Shown here: positions 1 to 9,364 of the stretch, in pieces
How the letters are laid out: each line of letters begins with the position of its first letter
Position numbering within the stretch: the stretch's first letter is position 1
Assembly (NCBI GenBank): GCA_963706955.1
Contig: CAVPOC010000008.1
Span: 192,001-256,000, forward strand
Reading direction: 5' to 3'
DNA length: 64,000 nt
From: an uncultured Verrucomicrobiae bacterium
GTDB lineage: Bacteria > Verrucomicrobiota > Verrucomicrobiia > Chthoniobacterales > Terrimicrobiaceae
The notes under the pieces: generated by a model
Told to the model about the DNA's origin: nothing
Seen by the model: only the letters and a program-made list of their open reading frames with translations
Database searches by the model: none
Translations under genes and position numbers: made by a program

Positions 1-962
1 AGCAGCCTCCACAGGGCGATCACTTCCACGGCGAACAGCACGCAGAGAATGCCGACTCCTTTGAAGGTGACGGCGCTCGCGTTTCCTTTGGGAAACAGCC
101 ACCAGCCAAACCAATTTACACAAAGCGGCATGGTGAGGAAACTGGTCAATGCAACACTGATGGCATTGCCGATGAATGTCCCCAGCGAGGCATGAATGCC
201 GAGATTCGCCAGAACCGGACTGAGGAATTTCATCTCGAGCATGACAATCGGAAACAAACCGAGGAGGACCAACATGGCGGCTTTCCAATTCGGGGGACCC
301 TCGCCGGTCATTGGGTCGATGGGCACCCAGCCAGGAAATGCGGTCGCGAGCCGCATAAGTTCCTCGCTCTCGATGAACTCTCTCGTCTCGGACAGAAGGA
401 CCCTGCGCTCGGGTGCGTTCATCCAGGCTTCGAGGTGCTCGGCGGAGTCGTAGCGGAGAATTGAAGTCCAGTGGCCGTCGCCGCCGCCCGCTGGCGGTTG
501 AAGATACATGCCTCGGTAGCCTGGATATTGGGCCTGCGCAGCCTGAATGCTTGCGGCCCATTCACGATAGCGATCTGCCATCCCGGGTCGAACCTTGGAA
601 AAGATGACTTCAGTGACTTCGGTCCCTGGAACCGCTCCCGTTCCATCGGTGCTGACCGTTTCTCCAAAATTCCCGCCATCAACCAGCGGCACGACTTCGC
701 CAAGAATTTTGCCGCGTTCAGCCGACTGTTTCCAAGCGGTGAGACTCGCCTCGGAGTCAAAATTAACAATGATGGTCCAAGGTATCTCTGGTCTGCCGTT
801 GGGGGGCGGCACGATGTCGGTGCTGATAAAGCCGGGGAATTTGGAAATGGCAGCGGAATGTCGCGCCTGCCACGCCGCGAAAGCTTCCTCGGAACCAGGA
901 TGAACTCGAGCTGTCGAAATCAGGACGGCCGGCTTGTTCATTGCTGGTGGCGCAGTTGTCAT
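1..962 (-). CDS. Antibiotic biosynthesis monooxygenase (ABM)-domain membrane protein, COG3224-like; runs off the left edge
   Basis: Not in the ORF track; both ends translated by hand in the same frame. ATG at 962 gives MTTAPPAMNKPAVLISTARVHPGSEEAFAAWQARHSAAISKFPGFISTDIVPP (ABM fold). The C-terminal part reads GPPNWKAAMLVLLGLFPIVMLE...IGNAISVALTSFLTMP...WFGWWLFP, the hydrophobic tail typical of this family. Confidence 0.8.
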   Translation of the reverse strand, partial: MTTAPPAMNKPAVLISTARVHPGSEEAFAAWQARHSAAISKFPGFISTDIVPPPNGRPEIPWTIIVNFDSEASLTAWKQSAERGKILGEVVPLVDGGNFGETVSTDGTGAVPGTEVTEVIFSKVRPGMADRYREWAASIQAAQAQYPGYRGMYLQPPAGGGDGHWTSILRYDSAEHLEAWMNAPERRVLLSETREFIESEELMRLATAFPGWVPIDPMTGEGPPNWKAAMLVLLGLFPIVMLEMKFLSPVLANLGIHASLGTFIGNAISVALTSFLTMPLCVNWFGWWLFPKGNASAVTFKGVGILCVLFAVEVIALWRL

Positions 963-1277
963 TCCGCAAATCTCAAATGGATAGCGGCCAAACCTCCGTC
1001 AGGCCCCGGAGGGGGGCGATGGCATCCGCCGTCTTCTCCGCCATGGTTAGTCGGTTTACTCCGGCGATTCGCCTTCACGACTCTAAGCTTCCTCATGCCC
1101 GATCTGAACAGACGGCAGGGCGATGCTCTTTCGCAGCTTAGAATCGAAGAGGCTTGAGCTGCGATGATCACTGATTAAGCCTGACGTTGGTTTTCTTGAG
1201 CGATAGGCAAGCTCGCCGTTCTGTCGCAGAATCGCTTGGCAGCGATCCCCTCTAATTCCATTTTGCTCGGGTTTGCC

Positions 1278-1871
1278 TTAGTAGGGATGCCGATCCGGCT
1301 TGTTCTGCCAGGCTTCGCATGCTTTGAGCGCATATTCGCGTTCGAAATCGGGGAAGCATTGAATCGCTTTGCGCTCCTTCCAAGGGAGACGGAAATCAAT
1401 GTATTGAAATTCGTCGTCGAACCCGATCTTGCTGGTGTCTTCGAGGCGGGTGCCAAAATAGACACGATCGATCCGCGCCCAATAAATGGCACTCATACAC
1501 ATTGGACAGGGAGCGCCATTGACGAAGAGGTCGCACCCCTTGAGCATCTGGGCGCGTTCCGGCACCGGATCCGGAGAGCCCGGCGGCCGCGGAATCATCT
1601 TGAGATTGCCTTCATAATACTCAGAACCAAGAATTTCCTTACGATTAATGCGAGAGCAGGCGTCGATGATAGCGGTCACTTCAGCGTGATAGACAGGAAT
1701 GCCAGTCAAGAGAACTCGGTTCTGGCCGCGGCCGATGATCTCGCCATCCTTTACAATAACGGCTCCGAACGGTCCGCCCCACCCTTTCTCAACTGACTCG
1801 ATGGCCAGCTTGGTGGCTTCGTGGAGGAACTGTTTCTTGTATTCATCGCTATCGGTTTTTACTGCGCTCAT
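1278..1871 (-). CDS. Nucleoside/guanine deaminase, cytidine-deaminase fold (B. subtilis GuaD-like)
   Basis: GGPFGAVIVKDG, HAE and PCPMC zinc motifs, then SAIYWARIDRVYF and GFDD. Start taken at MSAVKT. Confidence 0.85.
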   Translation of the reverse strand: MSAVKTDSDEYKKQFLHEATKLAIESVEKGWGGPFGAVIVKDGEIIGRGQNRVLLTGIPVYHAEVTAIIDACSRINRKEILGSEYYEGNLKMIPRPPGSPDPVPERAQMLKGCDLFVNGAPCPMCMSAIYWARIDRVYFGTRLEDTSKIGFDDEFQYIDFRLPWKERKAIQCFPDFEREYALKACEAWQNKPDRHPY

Positions 1872-2328
1872 ACTGTTTGGTCGGTGGTTGTTTTGCTTTT
1901 GGGATCTGGAAAGTCGGCGGACTAACTTAGTGATTTCGGTGCTCGCTGATGCGGTCAATCGCGGCTCTCATCGAGGCGCCTGCCATCGCGTAGGTTCAGG
2001 CACTGCGAGCAGCGCGACAGAAAGGGGAAAGAGGGTTCTCAAGCAGGGAAAGTGCGATCGATGATGAGACCCCGCGGGGACTTTGCCAAGTAAAAAAAGA
2101 CAGCGGCATATATGCGTGATTTAAGGATGGCACGCTAGAGCTAAAGGTTTTCGGCCGCAGCGACATGCAAGCGATGCAATGCAGCGCGATAGCATAGGAA
2201 AATTCATTGTCGGAAGATTCAAAGTGTCGGGCTAGGCAATGCGAACCGGCGCTGGATTGCTCGGCGTGTGCTTCTTAGGACAGAAAGACACTCGCCACCT
2301 GCCAAAGAAGGCGATCTTATGGATCAGG

Positions 2329-3117
2329 ATGCACTTCCTGACTGCACTTGCTAACGCGTTTGTGGAAGCTGCTGGGGTCGAAGCAGTCTCCTGGGGAGGA
2401 TCAGCCGCTTTGCAGAGAGCTGATGCTTTGTCGGACTACGATTTGTATGTTTATTCGCGAACCCCAGTGCCGCTGGAAGTTCGTGAGAAGATCATCTCCA
2501 GCCGCGCCTGCCGCTATCAGCTCGATAACGCATTCTGGGAGCTGGAAGATGACTGGACCGAACCAAACGGGGCAGAGTTCAATGCGATGTACCGATCATG
2601 CCAGGAAGCAGAAGAGGAACTCGAGCGGCGTCTTAGACGACATGTGGCTTCCCTCGGATATACTACCGCATGGTGTTTTAGTATAAGCCATAGCCAGATT
2701 CTCGCTGATCCGAATGGCTGGCTCGCCAATCTTGGTCGGCAAACCCGAGAGCGGTATCCAGCCGGTCTTGTGCAAGCAATTCTCCGGAAGAACCGACCCG
2801 TCCTGGGTGGCGGAATGCAATCCTGCTACCTTAAGCAAATCAGGGCTGCGATCGTTCGCCACGATCCAGTCAGCCTTAATCACCGCGTCGCGGCGTGGCT
2901 GGCGAGCTATTTCGACATCCTCTTCGCAATTAACGGCCGGTTGCATCCGGGAGAGAAACGTCTGCTTAACTACACTGAGGAATTGCCCATTCTTCCGGAG
3001 GGTGCGTTGACCGACGTGGGTGACCTATGCGTTTTGGCTGGGAAACTCGACGAAGGGATCACAGATCACGTTGAACGAATGCTGGCACGGCTGGATGAAA
3101 CGATTGCTCGGTTGTGA
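2329..3117 (+). CDS. Nucleotidyltransferase-fold protein, DUF4037-like
   Basis: GGS...ADALSDYDLYVY (GS/DxD motif) and C-terminal SYFDILFAINGRLHPGEKRL. Confidence 0.75.
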   Translation: MHFLTALANAFVEAAGVEAVSWGGSAALQRADALSDYDLYVYSRTPVPLEVREKIISSRACRYQLDNAFWELEDDWTEPNGAEFNAMYRSCQEAEEELERRLRRHVASLGYTTAWCFSISHSQILADPNGWLANLGRQTRERYPAGLVQAILRKNRPVLGGGMQSCYLKQIRAAIVRHDPVSLNHRVAAWLASYFDILFAINGRLHPGEKRLLNYTEELPILPEGALTDVGDLCVLAGKLDEGITDHVERMLARLDETIARL

Positions 3118-3135
3118 AATGTGCCGGCTCACTGG

Positions 3136-3161
3136 CGCCGGTGGGGACACTGCCGCTACAG
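3136..3161 (-). repeat. GTAG-type REP, single imperfect copy
   Basis: Reverse complement is CTGTAG-CGGCAGTG-TCCC-CACCGGCG. Lies between convergent genes. Confidence 0.75.
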
Positions 3162-3185
3162 CTTTAAGTTCAAAGCTAAGCTCGC

Positions 3186-3800
3186 TTAATACTTCCAGAG
3201 ATTGCCGCGACTAGCGTCGGAAAAGACCTGTGAGCTTAGCATGTAAGACATGGGGGGATCCGGCAGACTGCTATCGTCGAGGACCGGCAGGGTCTTCCCG
3301 ATCGTCGCGTCCCATGGCTGGCTCCTCGCAATGTGGATCGGCGTGCCCACACGGACTAATTGGAAAGTCTTGCGCGCAGCATCGATTGGCATGCGGACAC
3401 AGCCGTGCGTGCTGGGATATGGTTTCACAAAGCCCCAATGCAGGCCGTAGGCGGACTTGAACTCCATCCAGTATGTCATCGGATAGCCTGCTCCCGGACT
3501 GCTCTGCCGGCGGCGATTCGCCACCTTGAGATAGATGGTGTAGTTGCCATGCGGAGTCGGGTCGGACGCCGTGCCCACAGTCACCGGAGTAGCGAGAAGG
3601 ACGTTATCACCTTCGACCACATACAGCCGCTGCGCTCCCGTGCTGAGCTTGAGCTTCACGGCGGAGGGATTTCTCGGCTGTTGCACCGGTGGATCAAAAG
3701 AAAACGAATTCGGGGTGTTGGAAGAAACGACCGCGCAGGCACTCAGCCCAATCGCGAGTCCGACCGACATGGCGGCGAGAAGCAAACGGGATACTTTCAT
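3186..3800 (-). CDS. L,D-transpeptidase (YkuD family) lipoprotein
   Basis: Lipobox LSAC; TPHGNY; GLHWG...STHGCVRM catalytic His/Cys motif. Confidence 0.9.
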   Translation of the reverse strand: MKVSRLLLAAMSVGLAIGLSACAVVSSNTPNSFSFDPPVQQPRNPSAVKLKLSTGAQRLYVVEGDNVLLATPVTVGTASDPTPHGNYTIYLKVANRRRQSSPGAGYPMTYWMEFKSAYGLHWGFVKPYPSTHGCVRMPIDAARKTFQLVRVGTPIHIARSQPWDATIGKTLPVLDDSSLPDPPMSYMLSSQVFSDASRGNLWKY

Positions 3801-4017
3801 TCAGTTTAAAACAACGCCGAATCGTGCAGCATGCGCGCGAGCAGTCAAGAGCATGATAATTCTTGAGATGCGATTTCTTAAAGCCAGCCGGAGGACCATA
3901 CTCAAGGATCGGCGTCCGGAAGACGTGTGTGCGGTCGTTGAGGCGATTTCTCGCTGAGATGAAATGAAATTGAGTGCATCACCGAACGTTCGGGTCCCGC
4001 AGGGCGCGAAGATCCGG

Positions 4018-5373
4018 TCACGAGCTCCAGCGAATCTCGATGCGAAGCAGTTGATTCTGCAAGGTAGCTCGACAGGTTGCGCCGAGCCGCTCGGTGCAGG
4101 CAGCCACGACGGCCAGGCCTAAACCGGCGTGCCCCTTTTCGGAACGCGCTTCTGATTTTCGCCAGAACCGTTCGAACAGATGGGGAATGTCTTCCGCCTC
4201 GAGCTCGGGCGCCTCATTGCTTACCGCCAGGCAATCGGTTGATGCCTCCACGAGCACGTGTGCTCCTTTGGGTGCGTGGTTGACCGCATTTCCAAGCAGG
4301 TTATTTAGAATCGCTGTCCACAGGAGCGGGTCGGTTACGATTGCGGTGTTCTCGACCTTGGTGTCAATGGTCAAAGCTCGCTTTTCGGTCGACTCAACGA
4401 CCCGGGCCACGCAACTGCGGACACTTTCGACCAAGTCAAGTTTCGCGGACTCTACGTGAACCCTCTCGTTTTCCGCGCTGGAGAGCAGCGACAGCTTATC
4501 GAGCAACGCTTCATTCTCGGCGATCGCTTCGAGCATTTCTTCGCCATGGCGGCGATTGAATTCCTGGGGCCAATTGGTCACCAATTCCGTCATCACCTTG
4601 AGTTCAGTGAGTGGGGTGCGCAGTTCGTGAGCAGCGTACGAGCTAAAGCGACGTTCACGGTCGAAACCTGCTTCGAGCCGTTCGAGCATTTCATTGAGCT
4701 TTTCGGTGATGGGCTGCAATTCCTTCGGCAGTTGGGCGGTCGGGAGACGTTGGTGCAAGTGCGCCGCCTGTATGCTGCGCAGTTGACGGCCGAGGTCGTC
4801 AAGAGGTCGGAGGCCTAGCTTGAGGCACATGTGCACCAGGAAGACGGTCAAAATCAGGCCTGCCAGTCCAACGCCTGCCAGGATTAGAACTATGGAGTGG
4901 AGCGATCGTTCCAACCCACCGCTATAGCTTGCCACAATCACCCTGAGCGTTCCTGACTGCGTTGACTCCCCGGATGGGAATGATTTCGAGAGCGCTCTTC
5001 CGCTCCGTCCGTCGGGAAGTTTGATGGCGCCATATGCTGGCAAAGTCTTAACGTCGTGGGAGATCAAGTGATCGCCTCCCAAGGAGGGCGATTTTTCTAA
5101 CGTCCGCCCGTCTGGTCCCAACACCTCAAAGAAATCTCCACCGGCGCGCGAACCAAACCCCGCGAATTCCTGCACGTTGAGATCGATTTCCAGATCTTGC
5201 TCGTCCAGGTCCGCCGCGACGATAAGCGCCTGGGCCTTGGCGGCAAGGGTGGCATCGAACTGGGCTGTCAAGACAGCCCGGATCGTCCAGTAGAGAGCGA
5301 CTCCGCCGCCGAGCAGGAGAAGCGCGATGCCACCACATACGAGAAGCGTCATGCGGCGGCGGATCGAGATCAT
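4018..5373 (-). CDS. Sensor histidine kinase, QseC/CusS-like (2 TM, HAMP, HisKA, HATPase)
   Basis: H-box AAHELRTPL, N-box NNLLGNAVNH, F-box LFERFWR, G2 GLGLA. Overlaps the response regulator stop. Confidence 0.9.
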   Translation of the reverse strand: MISIRRRMTLLVCGGIALLLLGGGVALYWTIRAVLTAQFDATLAAKAQALIVAADLDEQDLEIDLNVQEFAGFGSRAGGDFFEVLGPDGRTLEKSPSLGGDHLISHDVKTLPAYGAIKLPDGRSGRALSKSFPSGESTQSGTLRVIVASYSGGLERSLHSIVLILAGVGLAGLILTVFLVHMCLKLGLRPLDDLGRQLRSIQAAHLHQRLPTAQLPKELQPITEKLNEMLERLEAGFDRERRFSSYAAHELRTPLTELKVMTELVTNWPQEFNRRHGEEMLEAIAENEALLDKLSLLSSAENERVHVESAKLDLVESVRSCVARVVESTEKRALTIDTKVENTAIVTDPLLWTAILNNLLGNAVNHAPKGAHVLVEASTDCLAVSNEAPELEAEDIPHLFERFWRKSEARSEKGHAGLGLAVVAACTERLGATCRATLQNQLLRIEIRWSS

Positions 5374-6044
5374 TGCGGGTGCAGAACGTAGCCAAGTCCT
5401 CGGCGCGTCTGGATAATCGAGGCGCCGCCTGCCGAAGCCAACTTTTGTCGCAGCGAATAGACAGCCGCATCCACAGCATTGCTTAGGGGATTGTCGCTTT
5501 CGGAGTAGATGTGCGCTTCGATTTGCTCCCGGCTAAATACTTGTCCCGGTTTGCGAGCCAGGCACTCAAGAAGGGAAAATTCTCGCGCGGTCAAGACAAT
5601 GTGCTTTCCAGCGCGGACCACCTTCTTGGCTGCCAGATCAATCTCGAGATCGCCCACCTGGACGCGGGAGTCGGCCTGACCGTACCGCCGGCGTCGGACG
5701 ACAGCCTCGAGACGAGCGTCAAGTTCCGCAATGGCAAACGGCTTCGTCAGGTAGTCATCTGCACCAAGGGCGAGTCCTTTCACGCGATCATCAAGTCCGT
5801 TGAGCGCCGTCAGGATGATGATGGGTGTGTCTTTTCCACGCCGGCGCCATCGTTCGAGCAAATGAAGCCCATTCTGTTTTGGGAGCATAAGGTCGAGCAC
5901 GATGGCATCATAGCCATGGATTCCGACAAGGGTTTCTCCTTCTTCGGCATCTTGCGCCTCATCGACGGCATGGCCAAGGCGCGTCAGCGCCTTGGCCAGC
6001 GTCGTGCGGAGGCGGTGCGAGTCCTCAACGAGGAGCAGGCGCAC
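5370..6044 (-). CDS. OmpR-family response regulator
   Basis: LLVEDS, DLMLP, GADDYLTKPF, LTAREF and winged-helix IQTRRGLGY. Confidence 0.95.
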   Translation of the reverse strand: MRLLLVEDSHRLRTTLAKALTRLGHAVDEAQDAEEGETLVGIHGYDAIVLDLMLPKQNGLHLLERWRRRGKDTPIIILTALNGLDDRVKGLALGADDYLTKPFAIAELDARLEAVVRRRRYGQADSRVQVGDLEIDLAAKKVVRAGKHIVLTAREFSLLECLARKPGQVFSREQIEAHIYSESDNPLSNAVDAAVYSLRQKLASAGGASIIQTRRGLGYVLHPQ

Positions 6045-6091
6045 GGAAAGACAGAATGCGAAGTTCCGATTTGTGCGGGCTCATTGACGGG

Positions 6092-6574
6092 TCAGTCCTC
6101 CGGATCTTCAGTTTGGTTGATCAGGGTGCCATCCTCAGCGATCAAGACATCTAAATCGGGGGCCTTGTGTCTGTCGATTTCCAACGAGTATATGGTCTTC
6201 CCATCGGTGACCTCGCGGTCGACGCCATCATCGAGCTCTCCTCCGGCGGGCACAAGCTTTGCAGCAGCCTCGCGGACGGCGGTGGGGGCGTCAGCAAGGT
6301 CGATTTCCTCACGCGTTTTGATCAGTTTGCCATCGCTTCCGACAAGCATTTTCAGGTCGTCCCTCCTGCCGGGCAGATCAATTTCCGCCACATAGAGCGT
6401 GCGATCGTCGATGGTGATCTTTTTTACCTCGTCGACTTTGCCGTCCCGCGCATTGGCGCGAATTGTCTCCTGAACATTGGCGGGGCATTTCTCCAACTCG
6501 ATCTCATTATCGGCGCGCAGAGAAAAGGCAGTGCCCAGAAGAGCAAGAGCAATCAGAATTTTGGGTGATTTCAT
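6092..6574 (-). CDS. Secreted PepSY-like (BLIP-like) repeat protein
   Basis: Signal peptide, then two repeats (LEKCPANVQETI...DGKLI and LADAPTAVREAA...DGTLI). First gene of a PepSY-RR-HK operon. Confidence 0.75.
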   Translation of the reverse strand: MKSPKILIALALLGTAFSLRADNEIELEKCPANVQETIRANARDGKVDEVKKITIDDRTLYVAEIDLPGRRDDLKMLVGSDGKLIKTREEIDLADAPTAVREAAAKLVPAGGELDDGVDREVTDGKTIYSLEIDRHKAPDLDVLIAEDGTLINQTEDPED

Positions 6575-6913
6575 AGTATCTATTTATTTGTTGAGTTTGC
6601 GGTCGCGGTTGCAACCTGCATGGGCACTCTTGCACGCCAAGATGATGACAAGATGAGCGGTAGCCAAAAATTTTACCGACGCAGCCGCTTGTTTCGCAAG
6701 CAAGGCATTTTCTTCGACCTCCTCGTCGGCGAGAAAGTGCATTTCAGTCTTCTTGACGCATTTGGTCAGGCGCGGACGCGGATGGAACCGTTTGAACTCG
6801 CCGTCGCAACGCTCGTCACTATGCATCTTCTCGAAGAGATCAATAAACCTATATTACTAAGCAGACATGCCTATTCTCGGCCTCTGTTCTAATTAGCGAA
6901 AGACGAAAACAAC

Positions 6914-7087
6914 ATGAAAACACCCGAACTCTCGGAACTCAGTGCTTTGGAAATGCAATCCGTCAGCGGCGGCGTGGCACGTGCCGCCGGCAGACGCGGC
7001 GGTGGGCGCTTCATTTTCCTTCTCCTTCTCCTACTCCTCGGCCGGAGTCGCGCTCCTGTTGGCGATCCTGTCGGAGCCCAGCGCTAA
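6914..7087 (+). CDS. Putative 57-aa precursor peptide with double-glycine leader
   Basis: MKTPELSELSALEMQSVSGG|VARAAGRRGGGRFIFLLLLLLLGRSRAPVGDPVGAQR. The leader matches the ELSxxELxxVxGG consensus; the upstream region is A-rich. Below the ORF-track length cutoff. Confidence 0.65.
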   Translation: MKTPELSELSALEMQSVSGGVARAAGRRGGGRFIFLLLLLLLGRSRAPVGDPVGAQR

Positions 7088-7166
7088 TGGCTCATCGTTG
7101 AAACCGTTGAGGGTTTCGGCGAGAGGTCGGGCTGCGAGCCAAACAGCGGGAGCTTAGAAGCAGTGG

Positions 7167-7973
7167 CTAATCCGCCTGGAATTCGGAAAACGCCTCCACC
7201 GCGAAGCTAACGACCGGTTCTGCTTTTCCCTTCACGTATTCGGAGGGCAGTTCCCGCAATTTGAAGCGTCCGTCGAGCGCGGCGCGAACATCGGCGCTGA
7301 TCAAGATACCGACGCCATGCTTGCGGGTGAGGCTTTCAATGCGCGCGGCAGTATTCACGACATCGCCGATGACGGTGTATTCGAGATTCTCCCGCGAACC
7401 GACCACGCCCGCGACCACATTTCCGCTGTGAACTCCGATCCGCACATCCAGTGGAGGAAGGCCTTCGTTTCGCAGATCCTCATTGTAAGCGCTAATGCTA
7501 TCGCGCAAAGCGACCGCGGCGATGACGGCATCCATCGCATGCCAGGCATTGCTTTCTGGCGCGCCGAAGATTGCCATTACCCCGTCGCCAATGAACTTGG
7601 CCACGTGACCGCCATGATGCGTCACGGCGGTGCTGGCAGCTTCGAAGTAGCCATTAAGAATGCGGACGAGGGTTTCCGGGCTCAAAGTTTCGCTCAAGGC
7701 TGTAAATTCGACGATATCCGCGAAAAGGACGGTTACTTGCCGAGTCTCACCGGAGGTCGACACCCCGCGCTTGATCACCTCCTCGACGACACGTTGCGGC
7801 GCGAATTGATGAAAGGCCTGCTGTAAATTCTGCAGATCGACGGTCGCCTTTTCACGGGCTGCCCAAAGAAGATTCGCTCTCCTTTTCACACGAAAAAGAG
7901 AGATGGCGATGGCCGCGTTGAGGAGGACCGATGCGGCGGCGATACCGATCAAGGCCCTGGACCATTTCAACAT
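7167..7973 (-). CDS. Class III adenylate cyclase with a single N-terminal TM helix
   Basis: VLFADIVEFT, KFIGDG, RIGVHSG, YTVIGDVVNTAARIE; Lys/Thr specificity pair. Start overlaps the upstream stop (ATGTTGA). Confidence 0.9.
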   Translation of the reverse strand: MLKWSRALIGIAAASVLLNAAIAISLFRVKRRANLLWAAREKATVDLQNLQQAFHQFAPQRVVEEVIKRGVSTSGETRQVTVLFADIVEFTALSETLSPETLVRILNGYFEAASTAVTHHGGHVAKFIGDGVMAIFGAPESNAWHAMDAVIAAVALRDSISAYNEDLRNEGLPPLDVRIGVHSGNVVAGVVGSRENLEYTVIGDVVNTAARIESLTRKHGVGILISADVRAALDGRFKLRELPSEYVKGKAEPVVSFAVEAFSEFQAD

Positions 7974-9052
7974 CGGTGGAGCAGAATACTCATGCGCGCG
8001 AGACCATTGGCGTAGCATATCAACCCAATGACCTCGAGCACCACCTCCCGCTTTATCCCAGCGGCAAAGGTCTGGGCAACCTCTTGCAATCGCCTGGTTT
8101 GGTAGCGAACTGTCTCGCGGGCGAAACCCAAAACCTTTTGTTCAAAGGAATTTAGTTTCGGCGACGTCAGATAGCTTAGCACGTGCTGGATCTCCGGATC
8201 GGTCCAGCCGTCGCCGCGGAGAGCTTCGGTCGCTTCGGCTTCGCAAGCCTGACACCCGAGACCACGGGCCACCACCGCAAAGATAAGCGCCTTTACCCGT
8301 CTTGAAGTAATGGTGGAATTCCAGGCTCCATTGAGAACCGTAGCGAGCGCTGCGCTCGCCGGAGAACCTTCCAATGCCCGAACAATGCCGGCACCGGGAC
8401 CACTGAATTCAGCAGGATACGGAACGCTTTGAACGGAAGAAAGCGCCGTGCGAAATTCCTTTCGGGTGAACGGTCGTTTCAACTTGTCGAACCAGTTTGC
8501 GTCGATTTCTTCCAATTGAGAGGGTGGCACGGCGAGCAGCGTCGCCAGCCTGTTTCCCCCCGCATTAAGACCGGCAAGATAGGCTATTTCGGCGATCTCG
8601 AGCTGCGAATAACCGGCGGCCGTGAGTTCGCGCAGGTCGCTTTCTGACGGACGCGGCGCCGACCGGGAGACCTTGCGAGCAAATTCCAAGGCTGCTTGCT
8701 CCTTGTTCGTCAGTTGGTTGGTGGCGAAACTCTCTTCCAATTCTCGAATCAAACCTTCGGGATAGCCCAAAATCTTCAACATGCTTCGGAATGCGCCATA
8801 ACAATGTCGACAAGAGCTATCCATTGCCACAACCATGCTGATGAAAGCTCTCAAAGGGACTGAGATACCCGGAGTGACGCGAGCTTCCCCGATTTGTTCC
8901 GCATCCATCAACCAGCGAACCGGGGTAAGATACTTCGCCAGGTTCGAGGCGAAGCCGAAGCGCCTGACGACTTCCCTTTCCCAGGCCGGATCCGCAATTG
9001 CCGGCAGCAACGGGACGTCGCACCAATCAATTTGGTCGAGCGAGTAAGCCAT
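7967..9052 (-). CDS. Double AhpD/carboxymuconolactone-decarboxylase-fold protein, copy 2 (361 aa)
   Basis: Two modules: ISMVVAMDSSCRHC...LTNKEQAALEFARKV...GYSQLEIAEI and LIFAVVARGLGCQAC...FEQKVLGFARET...VVLEVIGLI. Confidence 0.75.
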   Translation of the reverse strand: MAYSLDQIDWCDVPLLPAIADPAWEREVVRRFGFASNLAKYLTPVRWLMDAEQIGEARVTPGISVPLRAFISMVVAMDSSCRHCYGAFRSMLKILGYPEGLIRELEESFATNQLTNKEQAALEFARKVSRSAPRPSESDLRELTAAGYSQLEIAEIAYLAGLNAGGNRLATLLAVPPSQLEEIDANWFDKLKRPFTRKEFRTALSSVQSVPYPAEFSGPGAGIVRALEGSPASAALATVLNGAWNSTITSRRVKALIFAVVARGLGCQACEAEATEALRGDGWTDPEIQHVLSYLTSPKLNSFEQKVLGFARETVRYQTRRLQEVAQTFAAGIKREVVLEVIGLICYANGLARMSILLHRC

Positions 9053-9280
9053 CGCATCGACACTTAACAGCCAGCGCAACAGGCAAGCAACAGGAACCAT
9101 TAAACTTTAAGGTTTGTCCGCCCGACTCGCAAGGGCGCCTAACACCCGCAGATCAATAGCTCGCCCTCGGAAGTTTCACGCCGCAGTTAGGCTCCCAATC
9201 ATCTCGAGGCTTGGGTCTGTCGGGTGGCGTAGCCGGGCGTCCGCCTCTGCGCGTTCAGAGTTTCCGACGGCCGATCCGCC

Positions 9281-9364
9281 TCAGAGAGACCGGAGCGGCT
9301 CGGGTCGTTCGATGGCGAAGGACGAAACGGCGATGCCGATGGAATCCCGAAACGAATTCAGCAT
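9281..9364 (-). pseudogene. Decayed remnant of the adenylate cyclase 5' end
   Basis: ATG overlaps the copy-1 stop exactly as the cyclase ATG overlaps copy 2. MLNSFRDSIGIAVSS aligns with cyclase MLKWSRALIGIAAAS and stops after 27 aa. Confidence 0.55.

Noticed and set aside
471..1157. 228-aa plus-strand ORF
   Set aside because: Antisense shadow of the minus-strand ABM gene at 1-962; no protein motifs.
1872..2100. Purine, xanthine or guanidine riboswitch upstream of the deaminase
   Set aside because: No conserved riboswitch core could be matched by eye; an Rfam scan would be needed.
2128..2142. TGGCACG... as a sigma-54 promoter
   Set aside because: GG-to-GC spacing is 9 nt rather than 10, and there is no TTGC at -12.
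6620..6892. 90-aa ORF between the PepSY gene and the GG-peptide gene
   Set aside because: No recognisable motif; it occupies the likely divergent promoter region.
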